Positions 1 through 10,400 of a stretch of DNA of 64,000 nucleotides are shown here, one piece after another. A program made the translations under genes and the position numbers. The notes under the pieces are model-generated. The model searched no databases, was not told the DNA's origin, and saw only the letters and a list, made by a program, of their open reading frames with translations. The number at the start of each line of letters is the position of its first letter. The stretch's first letter is position 1. Origin of the DNA: an uncultured cyanobacterium (GTDB taxonomy: Bacteria > Cyanobacteriota > Cyanobacteriia > PCC-6307 > Cyanobiaceae); NCBI GenBank assembly GCA_963697335.1, contig CAVONQ010000018.1:448001-512000 (forward strand), written 5' to 3'.

Positions 1-737
1 CAACGCATCACTCGCCCGGCGCCCCGCAGTTCGGCGCGGTAGTGCCCGGCCACGGGGTGAGGATTGTTGGGGTTGAGGTCGTCGATGCCGATGCCGTTGC
101 GGCCGTGCTCGCGTCCGGAGCTGTGCAGATAGCGGCCGTTGCCCAGATGCAGGCCCACGTGGGTGCAGCGCTGGGGGGTGCCGAAGAAGATCAGGTCGGC
201 GGGCTCCAGCCGATGGAACACGCCCGGGCGCACCGCCAGGGGCTGGCAGAAGCGCTCCTGCAGGTAGGCATCGCGCGGCAGCCAGAGGTCCGCGCTGGCG
301 TAGGCCGCCTGCACCAGGCCGGAGCAGTCGAAGTCGGGTCCGAGGCTGCCGCCCCACAGGTAGGTGTTGGGCCTGTGGCTGGCGGCCATGGCGAAGGCCA
401 GCACCGCCGCCAGCCGTTCCTCAATGGCGGCGCGAGACAGCAAAAGGGGCCTGGGAGCGCGGCTGACCTTCGCCTGCCCCAGCAGCGCATCGGCCGCGAT
501 CCAGCCCGGGTAGCCATCCTCCAGCAGGCGCACCCGCAGGCGGCCCTGGCTCCGGATGCTGCAGACTTGCAGAACCCGCCCGCCGGCGGCCTGGGTGGCC
601 AGCCCGGCCCCGCTGGGACGGCTGTAGAGGTCGAGGGGGCCATCCAGGCGCCAGAGGCTGCCAGGCAGGAGCAGTTCGGGCGCAGCCGCCGTGCCTTCCG
701 GCAGGGGCAGGGCCTGGGGGGTTCCTAGGGTCGTCAC
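1..737 (-). CDS. NlpC/P60 (C40) cell-wall peptidase, 3' end runs off the window
   Basis: Manual translation from GTG 737 (MTTLGT...) contains YLWGG...DCSGLV, LPRDA and DLIFFG...THVGLH...YLHSS motifs; absent from the ORF track because it is truncated. Confidence 0.88.
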   Translation of the reverse strand, partial: MTTLGTPQALPLPEGTAAAPELLLPGSLWRLDGPLDLYSRPSGAGLATQAAGGRVLQVCSIRSQGRLRVRLLEDGYPGWIAADALLGQAKVSRAPRPLLLSRAAIEERLAAVLAFAMAASHRPNTYLWGGSLGPDFDCSGLVQAAYASADLWLPRDAYLQERFCQPLAVRPGVFHRLEPADLIFFGTPQRCTHVGLHLGNGRYLHSSGREHGRNGIGIDDLNPNNPHPVAGHYRAELRGAGRVMR

Positions 738-754
738 AGCTTGTGCCGGCACTG

Positions 755-1684
755 ATGGCGTTCTACAGCCAGGACCCGGGGATGGCGCAGACCCTGGCTG
801 AGCTGATCCAGGCGCTGGAGCTGGAGGGGCGGCCGGGCCTTGGCCAGCAGCTCTCGATCACCTGGGTGCGCTTTGCCACATCGCAGCGGGAGAGAACCCT
901 GGAGGCGGAGCCTGGCTCCTTCTGGGGTCTCCCCAGACGGGGGGCGAGTTGGGGGGGGGATCGCCAGCGCTACCCAGCCAGTGTGGTGAAGCTGGTGTTT
1001 CTGATCGCGATTGAGGCCTGGCTGCAGCAGGAACTGCTCGAGGACGGGCCCGAGCTGAGACGGGCGCTGGCCGACATGATCCGCGACTCCAGCAATGACG
1101 CCACCGGCCTGGTGGTGGACCTGCTCAGCGGCACCACCAGCGGCCCGGCCCTGCCCCCCGAGCGCATGGAGGCCTGGGCGCGGCAGCGGCAACTGGTGAA
1201 CGGCTGGCTGGTGGGGCTGGGCTGGCCGGAGCTGCAGGGCTGCAACGCCTGCCAGAAAACCTGGGGCGATGGCCCCTACGGCCGGGAACGTGCCTTCTAT
1301 GGCCCGGAGCTCGAGAACCGCAACAGCCTCAGCAGCGAGGCCGTGGCCAGGTTGTTGCTGGCGGTGATCGCCTCGGCTGTGGTCTCGCCGCCGGCCTGCG
1401 CACGCATGCGGCAACTGCTGGAGCGCAGTCTGGAGGCGGCCTCCCGCACGGCCGACCCGGAGAACCAGGTGGACGGATTCCTCGGGGCCGGTCTGCCCGA
1501 GGCGGCCCGGCTGTGGAGCAAGGCGGGCTGGATGAGTCAGGCGCGTCACGACGCCGCCTATGTGGAGGCCGAGGGCCATGACCCCTTCCTTCTGGTGGTG
1601 TTCAGCGAGGGGCGCGAGCGGGCCCTCGACGAACGGCTGTTGCCGGCGATTGCCAGCCACCTCTGCCGGGCCTGCAGTCACTGA
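755..1684 (+). CDS. Serine hydrolase, class A beta-lactamase/PBP-like
   Basis: SxxK (PASVVK), SxN (SSND), KAG triad; start ATG 755 or GTG 743. Confidence 0.85.
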   Translation: MAFYSQDPGMAQTLAELIQALELEGRPGLGQQLSITWVRFATSQRERTLEAEPGSFWGLPRRGASWGGDRQRYPASVVKLVFLIAIEAWLQQELLEDGPELRRALADMIRDSSNDATGLVVDLLSGTTSGPALPPERMEAWARQRQLVNGWLVGLGWPELQGCNACQKTWGDGPYGRERAFYGPELENRNSLSSEAVARLLLAVIASAVVSPPACARMRQLLERSLEAASRTADPENQVDGFLGAGLPEAARLWSKAGWMSQARHDAAYVEAEGHDPFLLVVFSEGRERALDERLLPAIASHLCRACSH

Positions 1685-1744
1685 GGGCCGACGGCAGGAC
1701 AGGCCAGCTCAGCGCAGGGGGCTTGGGCCGGTTCAGCAGTTCAA

Positions 1745-1833
1745 CGGAGAGGGAGGGATTCGAACCCTCGACAGAAGTTGCCTCCTGTAACTCCTTAGCA
1801 GGGAGCCGCTTTCAACCGCTCAGCCACCTCTCC
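1745..1833 (-). tRNA. tRNA-Ser(GCT)
   Basis: GGAGAGG/CCTCTCC acceptor stem, CT-GCT-AA anticodon loop, long variable arm, GGTTCGAATCC T-arm. Confidence 0.97.
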
Positions 1834-1874
1834 AGGGGCCCGATGAGCTTATCAGCGTGGCTCCCTTCAGCGGC

Positions 1875-3089
1875 TCAGGTGCTGCCGGGCTGGGCCTCGA
1901 GCCTCGGCAGGCGCAGCTTGAAGCCGCACAGGATTTCCCAGGGGATGGTGCCGCAGCGCTGGCTCCAGTCGGTGGGCTGAATCTGCTGGTCGCCATCGCT
2001 GCCCAGCAGGGTCACCACCGAGCCCATCTCCAGAGCCGGGCAGTCGGTGGCATCCACCACGAGCTGATCCATCGTGATCGCCCCCACCTGGGCCAGCCGC
2101 TGACCCTCGAACAGCACCTCCATCTGGTTGGACAGCTGCCGGGGCACCCCGTCGGCATAGCCGATGCCCACCACGGCCAGGCGACTGGGGCGCACGGTGT
2201 GGAATCGATGGCCGTAGCTCACGCCCACGCCCTCCGGCACCTCGCGCACCAGGGTCACCCTGGCGTGCAGGTGCAGGGCCGGCTGCAGGTCCAGCACCCG
2301 GCGCAGATGGGGGGCGGGGCTGTGGCCGTAGAGGGCCAGGCCCACCCGCACCATGTCGTAGTGGAGGGCAGGGCTGCGCAGGGTGGCGGCCGAATTGGCC
2401 AGGTGCCGGATCCCGGGTTCGAGCCCCTGCTGGCTCAGGCTCTCGAGCACGCTGTCGAAGCGCCGTTTTTGCTCCGCCGTGGTGGCGTCCAGATCCCTGG
2501 CCGCGGCGACTTCCGGCTCGGCGTCGGCGTTGGCCAGGTGGGAATACACCCCGGCCAGCTGCACCGCATCCAGCTCCTGGATGGCTCTCACCAGCCTCGG
2601 CCCCTCCTGCCAGGCCGCGCCCAGCCGGGTCATGCCCGTGTCGAGCTTCAGTTGCACGGCCATCGGGGCGCCGCTGCCCCTGGCCAGGTTCTGACAGAGC
2701 AGGGCTTCCCGCATGCCGCTGATCGTGGGCATCAGCTGCCAGCGCTGGCAGCTGCGCAGTTCCTCGGGATGGCCGAGCCCGCCAAGCACCAGCACCGGCG
2801 CTTCGATGCCGGCCTGGCGCAGCTGGATCCCCTCGCCCAGGGTGGCGACGCCGAAACAGCTGGCTCCCCCCTCGAGGGCGGCCCTGGCTACCACAACGGC
2901 GCCATGGCCATAGCCGTCGGCCTTGACCACGGCCATCAGGGCGCAGTCCGGGCCGATCGCACGCTTCAGCTCACGGGCGTTGGCGGTGATCGCCCAGGCT
3001 TCCACCTCCACCCAGGCCCGTCGCCGCTCCAGGCCGGCCTCCACCAGGGGCAGGCTGGGCAGCCAGCCTTGGTTCGTGGCCTGCGTCAC
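1875..3089 (-). CDS. alr: Alanine racemase
   Basis: AVVKADGYGHG PLP lysine motif, KLDTGMTRLG, VSYG, GYADG. Confidence 0.97.
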   Translation of the reverse strand: MTQATNQGWLPSLPLVEAGLERRRAWVEVEAWAITANARELKRAIGPDCALMAVVKADGYGHGAVVVARAALEGGASCFGVATLGEGIQLRQAGIEAPVLVLGGLGHPEELRSCQRWQLMPTISGMREALLCQNLARGSGAPMAVQLKLDTGMTRLGAAWQEGPRLVRAIQELDAVQLAGVYSHLANADAEPEVAAARDLDATTAEQKRRFDSVLESLSQQGLEPGIRHLANSAATLRSPALHYDMVRVGLALYGHSPAPHLRRVLDLQPALHLHARVTLVREVPEGVGVSYGHRFHTVRPSRLAVVGIGYADGVPRQLSNQMEVLFEGQRLAQVGAITMDQLVVDATDCPALEMGSVVTLLGSDGDQQIQPTDWSQRCGTIPWEILCGFKLRLPRLEAQPGST

Positions 3090-3139
3090 GGATTCCTCAA
3101 TCCAGCGGAATTAGCATGCCGCCCAATCCCGGCTCTGGC

Positions 3140-3664
3140 ATGGGCCACGTCCTCGTCCTCAACGCCTCCTACGAACCCCTCAACATCACCACCTGGCGGC
3201 GCGCCATGGTGATGCTTCTCAAGGGCAAAGCCGAAGGCCTCGAACACGACCCGACCCATCTGATCCGCGAGGATACTCTGCTGCCCACGGTGATCCGGCT
3301 GCGTCAGTTCGTGCGCGTTCCCTATCGCCAGCTGCCGCTCACCCGGCGCAATCTGTTTCATCGGGACGGCCACTCCTGCCAGTACTGCGGCTACGCCGGA
3401 GACCAGCTTTCGGTGGATCACGTGGTTCCCCGCAGCCGCGGTGGAGCGGATAGCTGGGAGAACGTGACCACCGCCTGCCTGAGCTGCAATGTGCGCAAGG
3501 GCAACCGCACGCCGCGGGAGGCCGGCATGGCCCTGCGCCGCCAACCCCATCGCCCCGCCAGCGGCCTGGGCTATGAGGCCACCCGCCATTTGCGGGCCGG
3601 TCGCCACCACGAGTGGGCGAAATACCTGATCGGTGTGGAGGCCGGCGCCGAGCTGCTGGTCTGA
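3140..3664 (+). CDS. HNH endonuclease (McrA-like)
   Basis: VLVLNASYEPL N-terminus, CQYCG...DHVVPRSRGG...WENV..AC..CN..K. Confidence 0.92.
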   Translation: MGHVLVLNASYEPLNITTWRRAMVMLLKGKAEGLEHDPTHLIREDTLLPTVIRLRQFVRVPYRQLPLTRRNLFHRDGHSCQYCGYAGDQLSVDHVVPRSRGGADSWENVTTACLSCNVRKGNRTPREAGMALRRQPHRPASGLGYEATRHLRAGRHHEWAKYLIGVEAGAELLV

Positions 3665-3678
3665 GAGCGGCTGCCCGC

Positions 3679-4776
3679 TCAGGCGCTCACCCGGGCGGCG
3701 AGGGCATCGAGGCGGCGGTTCTGGTCGGCGGTGATGCAGGCCCCGATCAGGTCCTGGAGCTGGCCATTGAGAATGGGCTCGAGCGCGAAGTTGCGCCCCA
3801 GGCGGTGATCCGTGGTGCGGTTGTCCTTGTAGTTGTAGGTACGGATTTTTTCGCTGCGGTCGCCGCTGCCCACCTGGGCCAGCCGGTCGGAGCGCTCCCT
3901 GGCGTTGGCCTCGGCGAGCTGGCGCTCGTAGAGCTTGGCCCTCAGGATCTCCATGGCCCGCTCCCGGTTCTGCAGCTGGGAGCGCTCCTGGGTGCAGAAC
4001 ACGCGGATACCGGTGGGGCGGTGGATCAGGTCCACGGCCGTTTCCACCTTGTTGACGTTCTGACCGCCGGCCCCGCCGGAGCGGGCGGTGCTGATCTCCA
4101 CGTCGCCGGGCTCGATCTGCACCTCAACCGGATCGGCCTCCGGCATCACGGCAACCGTGGCCGTGGAGGTGTGCACCCTCCCCTGGGATTCCGTGGCCGG
4201 TACCCGCTGCACCCGGTGCACGCCCGCCTCGAATTTCAGCTGGCTGAACACGCCCTCGCCCCGGATCGCCAGGATCAGCTCCTTGTAGCCCCCCAGCTCC
4301 GCCTCCGAAGCCGACACCGGATCCACCCGCCAACCCAGGCTCTGGGCATAGCGCTCGTACATCCGGGCCAGGTCGCCGGCCCAGATGGCGGCCTCGTCGC
4401 CGCCGGCCCCGGCCCGCACCTCCAGCATCACGCTGCGCTCATCGCGGGGATCCCGGGGCAGCAAAGCCACGGTGAGGGTCTGTTCCAGGGCGGCAATGGC
4501 CGTGCCGAGCTGCTGCAACTCCTCAATGGCCAGCTGCTCCATCGCAGCGTCACCACGGTGGTCGCGCAGCAGCTGGCGGGCCTCGGCTTCTTCCTGTTTC
4601 AGCCTCTGGAGCCGCTCGTGATCGCGCACCAAGGGTTCCAGGTGGGAGCGCTCGCGGGCGATCGCCTGAAGCTGGACGGGGTTCGAGGCCACCGCCGGAT
4701 CTGCCAGTTGCCGCTCCAGGGTCTCGAAGGTGGCCCTGGCGGCCCTGAGGCGATCATCGAGGAGGGAGGGGTCCAT
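3679..4776 (-). CDS. prfA: Peptide chain release factor 1
   Basis: GGQ motif, PAT anticodon tripeptide, GVHRVQRVP. Confidence 0.98.
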   Translation of the reverse strand: MDPSLLDDRLRAARATFETLERQLADPAVASNPVQLQAIARERSHLEPLVRDHERLQRLKQEEAEARQLLRDHRGDAAMEQLAIEELQQLGTAIAALEQTLTVALLPRDPRDERSVMLEVRAGAGGDEAAIWAGDLARMYERYAQSLGWRVDPVSASEAELGGYKELILAIRGEGVFSQLKFEAGVHRVQRVPATESQGRVHTSTATVAVMPEADPVEVQIEPGDVEISTARSGGAGGQNVNKVETAVDLIHRPTGIRVFCTQERSQLQNRERAMEILRAKLYERQLAEANARERSDRLAQVGSGDRSEKIRTYNYKDNRTTDHRLGRNFALEPILNGQLQDLIGACITADQNRRLDALAARVSA

Positions 4777-4850
4777 GGGCCAGCGGTTCCGGAGCTGTCA
4801 GTGGGGCCGCTCCGGGCTGGAGCCCTGCGGGGAGCACGGCTCCGTCGGGC

Positions 4851-5126
4851 TCAGGCTTCGCTGGTGTCGGCTTCGGGCTTCACCTCTGGCTCAGCCTTGA
4901 TCCCCGCACTGCTGTCGAGGCTGGCCATGCCGTACTTGCGCATGAAGCGGTCCACCCGGCCCTCGGTGTCGAGGATCTTCTGGGTTCCGGTGTAGAAGGG
5001 GTGGTTGCCGCTCCACACGTCCACATGGAGCTCGGGAGAGGTGGAGCCGGTGGTCATCACCACCTCTCCGTTGCAGATCACCTTGGCATCGGGGTACCAG
5101 GTGGGATGAATGTCGGCCTTGGGCAT
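4851..5126 (-). CDS. rpmE: 50S ribosomal protein L31
   Basis: MPKADIHP...DVWSGNHPFYTGTQKILDTEGRVDRF. Confidence 0.97.
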   Translation of the reverse strand: MPKADIHPTWYPDAKVICNGEVVMTTGSTSPELHVDVWSGNHPFYTGTQKILDTEGRVDRFMRKYGMASLDSSAGIKAEPEVKPEADTSEA

Positions 5127-5147
5127 GGCTGGAAGAGTCTGGAGAAA

Positions 5148-5188
5148 ATCGAAGATGGTGCTTCGAGATCGAAGATCAGCGCTTCGAG
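5148..5188. repeat. Tandem duplicated hairpin unit (ATCGAAGAT-N3/4-GCTTCGAG x2) at the rpsI-rpmE junction
   Basis: 5148-5167 atcgaagatggtgcttcgag and 5168-5188 atcgaagatcagcgcttcgag. Confidence 0.6.
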
Positions 5189-5577
5189 AACTGGGGCGCT
5201 TTACGGGCTTTCTTGAGGCCGTACTTGCGGCGTTCCTTGGCCCGGGGATCTCGGCTGAGGTGACCCTCCGTCTTGAGGGGCTTGCGGTTGTCCGGCGACA
5301 GCTCGCACAGGGCCCGGGCAGCACCCTGCTTGATGGCATCGGCCTGACCGGTGAGGCCACCGCCGCGCACGTTCACCAGCAGGTCGTAGTCGGTGGCGAG
5401 CCCCAGGGTGTTGAGGGGGGCTTTGACCGCCGCCAGGTAGACGGGGTTGTAATTCAGGTAGTTGTCGCCGGGACGCCCGTTGATCGTGACGCTGCCGCTG
5501 CCGGGCACCACACGGACACGGGCCACGGCGGTCTTGCGGCGACCGGTGCCCCAGTAAACGACGTTGGAGGTGCTCAT
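5176..5577 (-). CDS. rpsI: 30S ribosomal protein S9
   Basis: [12 protein letters not shown]...[19 protein letters not shown]. Confidence 0.98.
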   Translation of the reverse strand: MSTSNVVYWGTGRRKTAVARVRVVPGSGSVTINGRPGDNYLNYNPVYLAAVKAPLNTLGLATDYDLLVNVRGGGLTGQADAIKQGAARALCELSPDNRKPLKTEGHLSRDPRAKERRKYGLKKARKAPQFSKR

Positions 5578-6026
5578 TGGGCGGCGGCGGCAGGATCGAG
5601 GGCGAGGGGCTGGGGCTTCTGGGCGGTGTGGGGATGCTCGGTGCCCTTGTAGACCTTCAGCTTGCGGAACAGCTGACGGCCGAGGGCGTTGTGGGGAAGC
5701 ATGCCTTTGACCGCCTTCTCCACGATGCGCTCGGGAAGGCGGGCCTGGAGGTGGGCGAAGGTTTCGGTCTTCATGCCACCGGGACGCCCGGAGTGGCGGC
5801 GATAGAGCTTCTGGCTGGCCTTGTTGCCGCTCACGCGCACCTTGTCGGCGTTGATGATGATGACGAAGTCGCCGGCATCAAGGTGAGGGGTGTAGCAGGG
5901 CTTGTTCTTGCCGCGCAGCACCGAGGCAACCTCGCTGGCCAGGCGACCGAGGGTCTGATTCTCAGCATCGACCACGAACCACTGGCGGTCGAGGGAATCA
6001 ACGGAGGGCAGGGGAGTCTTGTTCAT
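5574..6026 (-). CDS. rplM: 50S ribosomal protein L13
   Basis: WFVVDA..LGRLAS..LRGKNKP..TPH.D.GD. Confidence 0.98.
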   Translation of the reverse strand: MNKTPLPSVDSLDRQWFVVDAENQTLGRLASEVASVLRGKNKPCYTPHLDAGDFVIIINADKVRVSGNKASQKLYRRHSGRPGGMKTETFAHLQARLPERIVEKAVKGMLPHNALGRQLFRKLKVYKGTEHPHTAQKPQPLALDPAAAAQ

Positions 6027-6104
6027 ATCGCCTGGTCAGGCACCGGCAGGCCGTAGAGGGCTGGGCAGGTAGGTGGTCGCGGTGGCAGGTGGAAACCAAG
6101 CCGT

Positions 6105-7058
6105 TCAAACGACCATACCGCTTGGCCGCGGCGGGCCCTGCGGATCGACGGATAGGCCAGCTGAAACCCCCGGGGAATCGGTGGTGTCGAGCTGATACCG
6201 CGGTTGGCAATCATACCAGGCTGCTCTGGGGAAGACGGGCTCGGGGTAACCCACCCGCAGCAGGCACAGCCCGTGGGGTGGGGCGGCCTCCTTGACCGCC
6301 TGGCGCTGGCGCAGCCTCCAGCGCTGCTCAAAGGCGGCCGGGCTCAGCCGCCCCTCCCCCACCGCCACCAGCTGCCCCAGCACGAGCCGCACCATGCCGT
6401 AGAGGAAGCCGCTGGCCTGCAGTTCCACCGTCAGCAGATCGCCCCGGCGCTCCAGGGCCACCTCTTGGATGGTGGTGCGGGCGTGGAGGCGCCGGCTGCC
6501 GGCCTTCTGGAAGGCCGTGAAGTCATGGTCGCCAAGCAAGCCCTGCAGCGCTGCGTCCATCCTGCGCTCATCGAGCCGGCACTGGTAGCGATGCCAGCTC
6601 CAGGGGGCCAGGAAGAGGTTGGGGGCCCGGCCGTTGAAGAGGGTGTAGCGGTAGCGGCGGTAGGTGGCCGAGAAGCAGGCATGCCAGTCGGCGGGCACCC
6701 TGGACGCGCCCCTGACGCGGATCGTGGCGGGCAGCCGGCCGTTCAGGGCCCGGGCCCAGCGCTCAGCCGGGATCGGCCCGTGGCTGTCGAAATGCACCAC
6801 CTGGGCGGCGGCGTGCACGCCGGTGTCGGTGCGGCCGGCGGCCCAGGTGCGGGGGCTCGAGGAAGGGTGGGCTGCCGCTTCCGGGAGGGGATCCAGGCCC
6901 GCGATGGCCCTGTCCACGGTCTCCTGCACGCTCGTTGCATTGAGCTGGCGCTGCCAGCCGTGGAACGCCCCGCCGTCGTACTGCAGGCAGAGGGCGATCC
7001 GCTGCCCAGCTGCAGCGTTCAGGGCCGGGCCGCTCTGGGGGTTGGGAGGGCGGTCCAT
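6105..7058 (-). CDS. truA: tRNA pseudouridine(38-40) synthase
   Basis: [29 protein letters not shown]; lies between rplQ and rplM. Confidence 0.96.
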   Translation of the reverse strand: MDRPPNPQSGPALNAAAGQRIALCLQYDGGAFHGWQRQLNATSVQETVDRAIAGLDPLPEAAAHPSSSPRTWAAGRTDTGVHAAAQVVHFDSHGPIPAERWARALNGRLPATIRVRGASRVPADWHACFSATYRRYRYTLFNGRAPNLFLAPWSWHRYQCRLDERRMDAALQGLLGDHDFTAFQKAGSRRLHARTTIQEVALERRGDLLTVELQASGFLYGMVRLVLGQLVAVGEGRLSPAAFEQRWRLRQRQAVKEAAPPHGLCLLRVGYPEPVFPRAAWYDCQPRYQLDTTDSPGVSAGLSVDPQGPPRPSGMVV

Positions 7059-7060
7059 GC

Positions 7061-7090
7061 AAAAAGCCGCCGTGGGGTCACCACCGCGGC
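7061..7090 (-). terminator. Probable intrinsic terminator after rplQ
   Basis: mRNA sense GCCGCGGTGG-TGACC-CCACGGCGGC-TTTTT (one mismatch in stem). Confidence 0.65.
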
Positions 7091-7133
7091 CGGGAGAGGC
7101 GGCGCCAACAGCGTCGGCTGGACTGCTGGCGGC

Positions 7134-7484
7134 TCAGACCAGCTCGATGATCGCCATTTCGGCATTGTCGCCGCGGCGGGGAACGGTGCGGAAGATCCGG
7201 GTGTAGCCGCCATTGCGGTCGCCGTAGCGCTCTTGCGCCTTCTCGAACAGGGCGTGGACGAGCTGCTTGTCGTAGATGTAGCCCATGGCCCGGCGACGGG
7301 CTGCCAGGGTTCCAGCCTTGGCCAGGGTGATCATCCGCTCAGTCTCATCGCGCAGCGCCTTGGCGCGGGCCTTGGTGGTGGTGACCCGTCCTTCGCGGAT
7401 CAGCTGGGTGGCCAGTCCGCGCAGCATCGCTTTGCGTTGGTCAGCGGGGCGTCCCAACATGGGGACTCGGCATTGGTGACGCAT
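7134..7484 (-). CDS. rplQ: 50S ribosomal protein L17
   Basis: [11 protein letters not shown]...GGYTRI...[14 protein letters not shown]. Confidence 0.98.
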   Translation of the reverse strand: MRHQCRVPMLGRPADQRKAMLRGLATQLIREGRVTTTKARAKALRDETERMITLAKAGTLAARRRAMGYIYDKQLVHALFEKAQERYGDRNGGYTRIFRTVPRRGDNAEMAIIELV

Positions 7485-7521
7485 CGTTCGTGGGCTCGTG
7501 GGAAGGGTTTTGCGCTGCCGT

Positions 7522-8460
7522 TCAGGCGCTGGTACGGCTCTGGGGCAGGGTGATGCCGATGCGCTCCAGGGCTTCGATCACCTCATCAGCAGACTTGGAG
7601 CCGAAGTTCTTGATCTCCAGCAGGTCTTCGTAGCTGAAGCCCATCAGGTCGGACACGGAGTTGACCTGGGCACGCTTCAGGCAGTTGTAGGCCCGCACCG
7701 AGAGGTTGAGCTCCTCGAGCGGAATCTGGGCTTCGGCGGAAGGTTCGGGTTCGTGGCCAGGTTCCTCAACCACGCTCAGGGTGGCCAGGGGCTGGAACAG
7801 GGCGATCAGCTGGTTGGCCGCCTGGGCCATGGCGTCGTCGGGGGTGACGCTGCCGTCGGTCTCGATTTCAAGCCGCAGCCGCTCGCGGGCTGAGCCGCCC
7901 TCGCCGACCGCCGTCTCATCGACGGTGTAGTTGACCCGGTTGACCGGCTTGAACACAGCATCGATCTGCAGCAGATCGATGGCGCTGGTGTCCTCGTTAT
8001 GGCGATCCACCGGGCGGTAGCCGACCCCCCGTTCCACATGCACCTCCATCTCGAGGCTGAAGCCGTCGGCCACGGTGGCGATCAGGCGGTCTGGATCGAT
8101 CACCTGCACCTGGGAGGAGAACTGCAGGTCGGCAGCCGTCACGGTGCTGGGACCGTTGACCACCAGTCGACCGATCTCCAGGTCGCGGCTGCGGCTGTTC
8201 ACCGCCACCTGCTTGCAGTTCAGCAGGATGTCGAGCACGTCTTCGCGCACGCCGGGCACGGTGGCGTATTCGTGGTTGACGCCTGAGATGCGCACGGCCG
8301 TGATCGCGCTGCCCTCCAGGCCGCCGATCAGCACCCGCCGCAGGGCATTGCCCAGCGTGGTGGCCTGGCCGCGGTCCAGGGGGCCGATCAGGAAGACACC
8401 GGTCTGAGCCCGGTCGTCGGAGACCTGATGCTCGATCCGGTCGATTTGGTAGTGCAGCAC
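7522..8460 (-). CDS. rpoA: DNA-directed RNA polymerase subunit alpha
   Basis: [45 protein letters not shown] start at 8460. Confidence 0.98.
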   Translation of the reverse strand: MLHYQIDRIEHQVSDDRAQTGVFLIGPLDRGQATTLGNALRRVLIGGLEGSAITAVRISGVNHEYATVPGVREDVLDILLNCKQVAVNSRSRDLEIGRLVVNGPSTVTAADLQFSSQVQVIDPDRLIATVADGFSLEMEVHVERGVGYRPVDRHNEDTSAIDLLQIDAVFKPVNRVNYTVDETAVGEGGSARERLRLEIETDGSVTPDDAMAQAANQLIALFQPLATLSVVEEPGHEPEPSAEAQIPLEELNLSVRAYNCLKRAQVNSVSDLMGFSYEDLLEIKNFGSKSADEVIEALERIGITLPQSRTSA

Positions 8461-8518
8461 GGTCTGAACAGTCGGAAGGTTGGGCGGAGGCTCCCCAGGG
8501 AGGGGACGGGGCGACGAA

Positions 8519-8911
8519 TCAGACGCGGCGGCGCTTGGCACGCCGGCAGCCGTTGTGGGGAAGGGGGGTCACGTCGCGGATCAGGGTGATCTCCAGGCCT
8601 GCCACCTGCAGGGCGCGGATGGCGGTCTCCCGGCCGGAGCCAGGACCGCGCACCAGCACCTCGATCTGGCGCATGCCCTGCTCCAGGGCACGGCGCGCAG
8701 CGGCTTCGGCGGCGGTCTGGGCGGCGAAGGGGGTGCCTTTGCGAGCACCTTTGAAGCCGCTGGCACCGGCAGAACTCCAGGAGATCACCTCACCGGCGGT
8801 GTCGGAGATCGACACGATGGTGTTGTTGAAGGTGCTCTGAATGTGGGCAACGCCGTTGGGCACGTTGCGCTTGGCCTTCTTAGGGCCCGTTTTCTTGGCT
8901 GGCTTTGCCAT
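8519..8911 (-). CDS. rpsK: 30S ribosomal protein S11
   Basis: [34 protein letters not shown]. Confidence 0.98.
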   Translation of the reverse strand: MAKPAKKTGPKKAKRNVPNGVAHIQSTFNNTIVSISDTAGEVISWSSAGASGFKGARKGTPFAAQTAAEAAARRALEQGMRQIEVLVRGPGSGRETAIRALQVAGLEITLIRDVTPLPHNGCRRAKRRRV

Positions 8912-9039
8912 GGTGGAGAGGCCTGCAGCAGCAGGAGGTGATCGGGGAACGGGGGCAGACCCTGGTGACGCCTGAGCGGTGAAGACCTCCCGACGGGATG
9001 GCGGGGAGACCACGAGGCTCTCGTAAGAGGGCTCGGGAC

Positions 9040-9082
9040 GGTGCTCGGCGGCAGGGCCTGGGTGCTCGGACGGCAGGGCCTG
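9040..9082. repeat. 21/22-bp tandem direct repeat in rpsM-rpsK spacer
   Basis: ggtgctcggcggcagggcctg followed by ggtgctcggacggcagggcctg. Confidence 0.75.
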
Positions 9083-9103
9083 AAACAGGCGGGCTGGACG
9101 GGC

Positions 9104-9469
9104 TTACTTCTTCTTGCCGGCCACGGTCTTGCGGGCACCCCGGCGGGTGCGGGCATTGGTGCGGGTGCGCTGGCCGCGGACCGGCAGACCCATGCGGTGG
9201 CGACGCCCCCGCAGGCAGCCGATGTCCTGCAGGCGCTTGAGGGCCATGCCCTCCTGCCGGCGCAGGTCGCCTTCGAGGGTGAAGGTCTCGGCGGCCCCGC
9301 GCAGTTTCTGCACATCGGCATCGCTGAGATCCTTGACCCGGATATCCGGGCTTACGCCGGTCTTGGCGAGAATCTTCTGGGCACGGGTGAGCCCGATGCC
9401 ATACACATAGGTGAGAGCGATCTCAACCCGCTTGTCGCGAGGGATATCGACGCCGGCAATCCGAGCCAC
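9104..9469 (-). CDS. rpsM: 30S ribosomal protein S13
   Basis: [37 protein letters not shown]. Confidence 0.98.
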   Translation of the reverse strand: MARIAGVDIPRDKRVEIALTYVYGIGLTRAQKILAKTGVSPDIRVKDLSDADVQKLRGAAETFTLEGDLRRQEGMALKRLQDIGCLRGRRHRMGLPVRGQRTRTNARTRRGARKTVAGKKK

Positions 9470-9595
9470 GTGGGAAACGATTCAAGGGTCAGAGGTACCT
9501 GCTTGGGGCAGGTGCCCCCGGGGAGGCCCAGGGGAGGCCCGCTGCTGAGGCGGGCGTGGTGCAGCGGCCCCGGCTGGGGCCATGCCCGGGCTGGA

Positions 9596-9709
9596 TCAGC
9601 CCTGGCGCTGCTTGTGCTTGGGATTGGTGCAGATCACCATCACCCGGCCGTGGCGACGAATCACCCGGCACTTGTCGCACATCTTCTTGACTGAGGCACG
9701 CACCTTCAT
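9596..9709 (-). CDS. rpmJ: 50S ribosomal protein L36
   Basis: Manual translation [37 protein letters not shown] (37 aa, below the ORF-track cutoff). Confidence 0.97.
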   Translation of the reverse strand: MKVRASVKKMCDKCRVIRRHGRVMVICTNPKHKQRQG

Positions 9710-9789
9710 GGGAGTTGTGCTCTCCGATTTTGCAAACCGCCACCGTATCACAGTGGTCAACCTCCCGAAGCCGATGCTCCGGGCAAAGC

Positions 9790-10350
9790 TCAGTCCAGGA
9801 GGGCGGTGATCCTGGCGGCAATGGCCTCAACGGTGCCACTGGCATCGACGCCCCGGAGCAAGCCCTTTTCTTCGTAGTAACGGATCAGGGGAGCCGTCTG
9901 CTCCCGGTAGACCTCCAGGCGATGGCGGATCACCTCCTCGTTGTCATCGGCGCGCCCGCGGCTGAGCAGTCGCTGCAGCAGCACGTCGTCCTCAAGCTCC
10001 AGCAACACCACGAGTTCGATCTGCTGGCCGAGCTCCTTGAGCAGGGTCTGCAGGGCTTCAGCCTGGGCCAGGTTGCGGGGAAAGCCGTCCAGGAGCCAGC
10101 CGGCGCCCCCCTCCTCCGCCTGGCGTTCCAGACGGCTGCGCACGATCGCCAGCACGAGGGCATCGCTCACCAGTTCGCCGCGGGCCATCACCGCCTCGGC
10201 CTGCTGGCCAAGGGCAGTGGCGGCCTTCACCTCCCCCCGCAGCAGGTCTCCTGTGGAGAGGTGGAGCAGCTGGCGGCCGCTGGCCAGCTGCTCGGCCTGG
10301 GTGCCCTTGCCGGCGCCGGGGGGGCCCAGGAACAGGAGTCGTTGCTTCAT
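9790..10350 (-). CDS. adk: Adenylate kinase
   Basis: [11 protein letters not shown]-loop, [22 protein letters not shown]. Confidence 0.97.
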   Translation of the reverse strand: MKQRLLFLGPPGAGKGTQAEQLASGRQLLHLSTGDLLRGEVKAATALGQQAEAVMARGELVSDALVLAIVRSRLERQAEEGGAGWLLDGFPRNLAQAEALQTLLKELGQQIELVVLLELEDDVLLQRLLSRGRADDNEEVIRHRLEVYREQTAPLIRYYEEKGLLRGVDASGTVEAIAARITALLD

Positions 10351-10400
10351 GGCAGAACGGTGGGGAGGAAGGTCGGGAACTCGGGGGGCTGGGGCAGGTC

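Noticed and set aside
3140..3664. HNH gene as a homing endonuclease or mobile element
   Set aside because: Free-standing, host-like composition, no intron or flanking repeats; matches a common chromosomal HNH family
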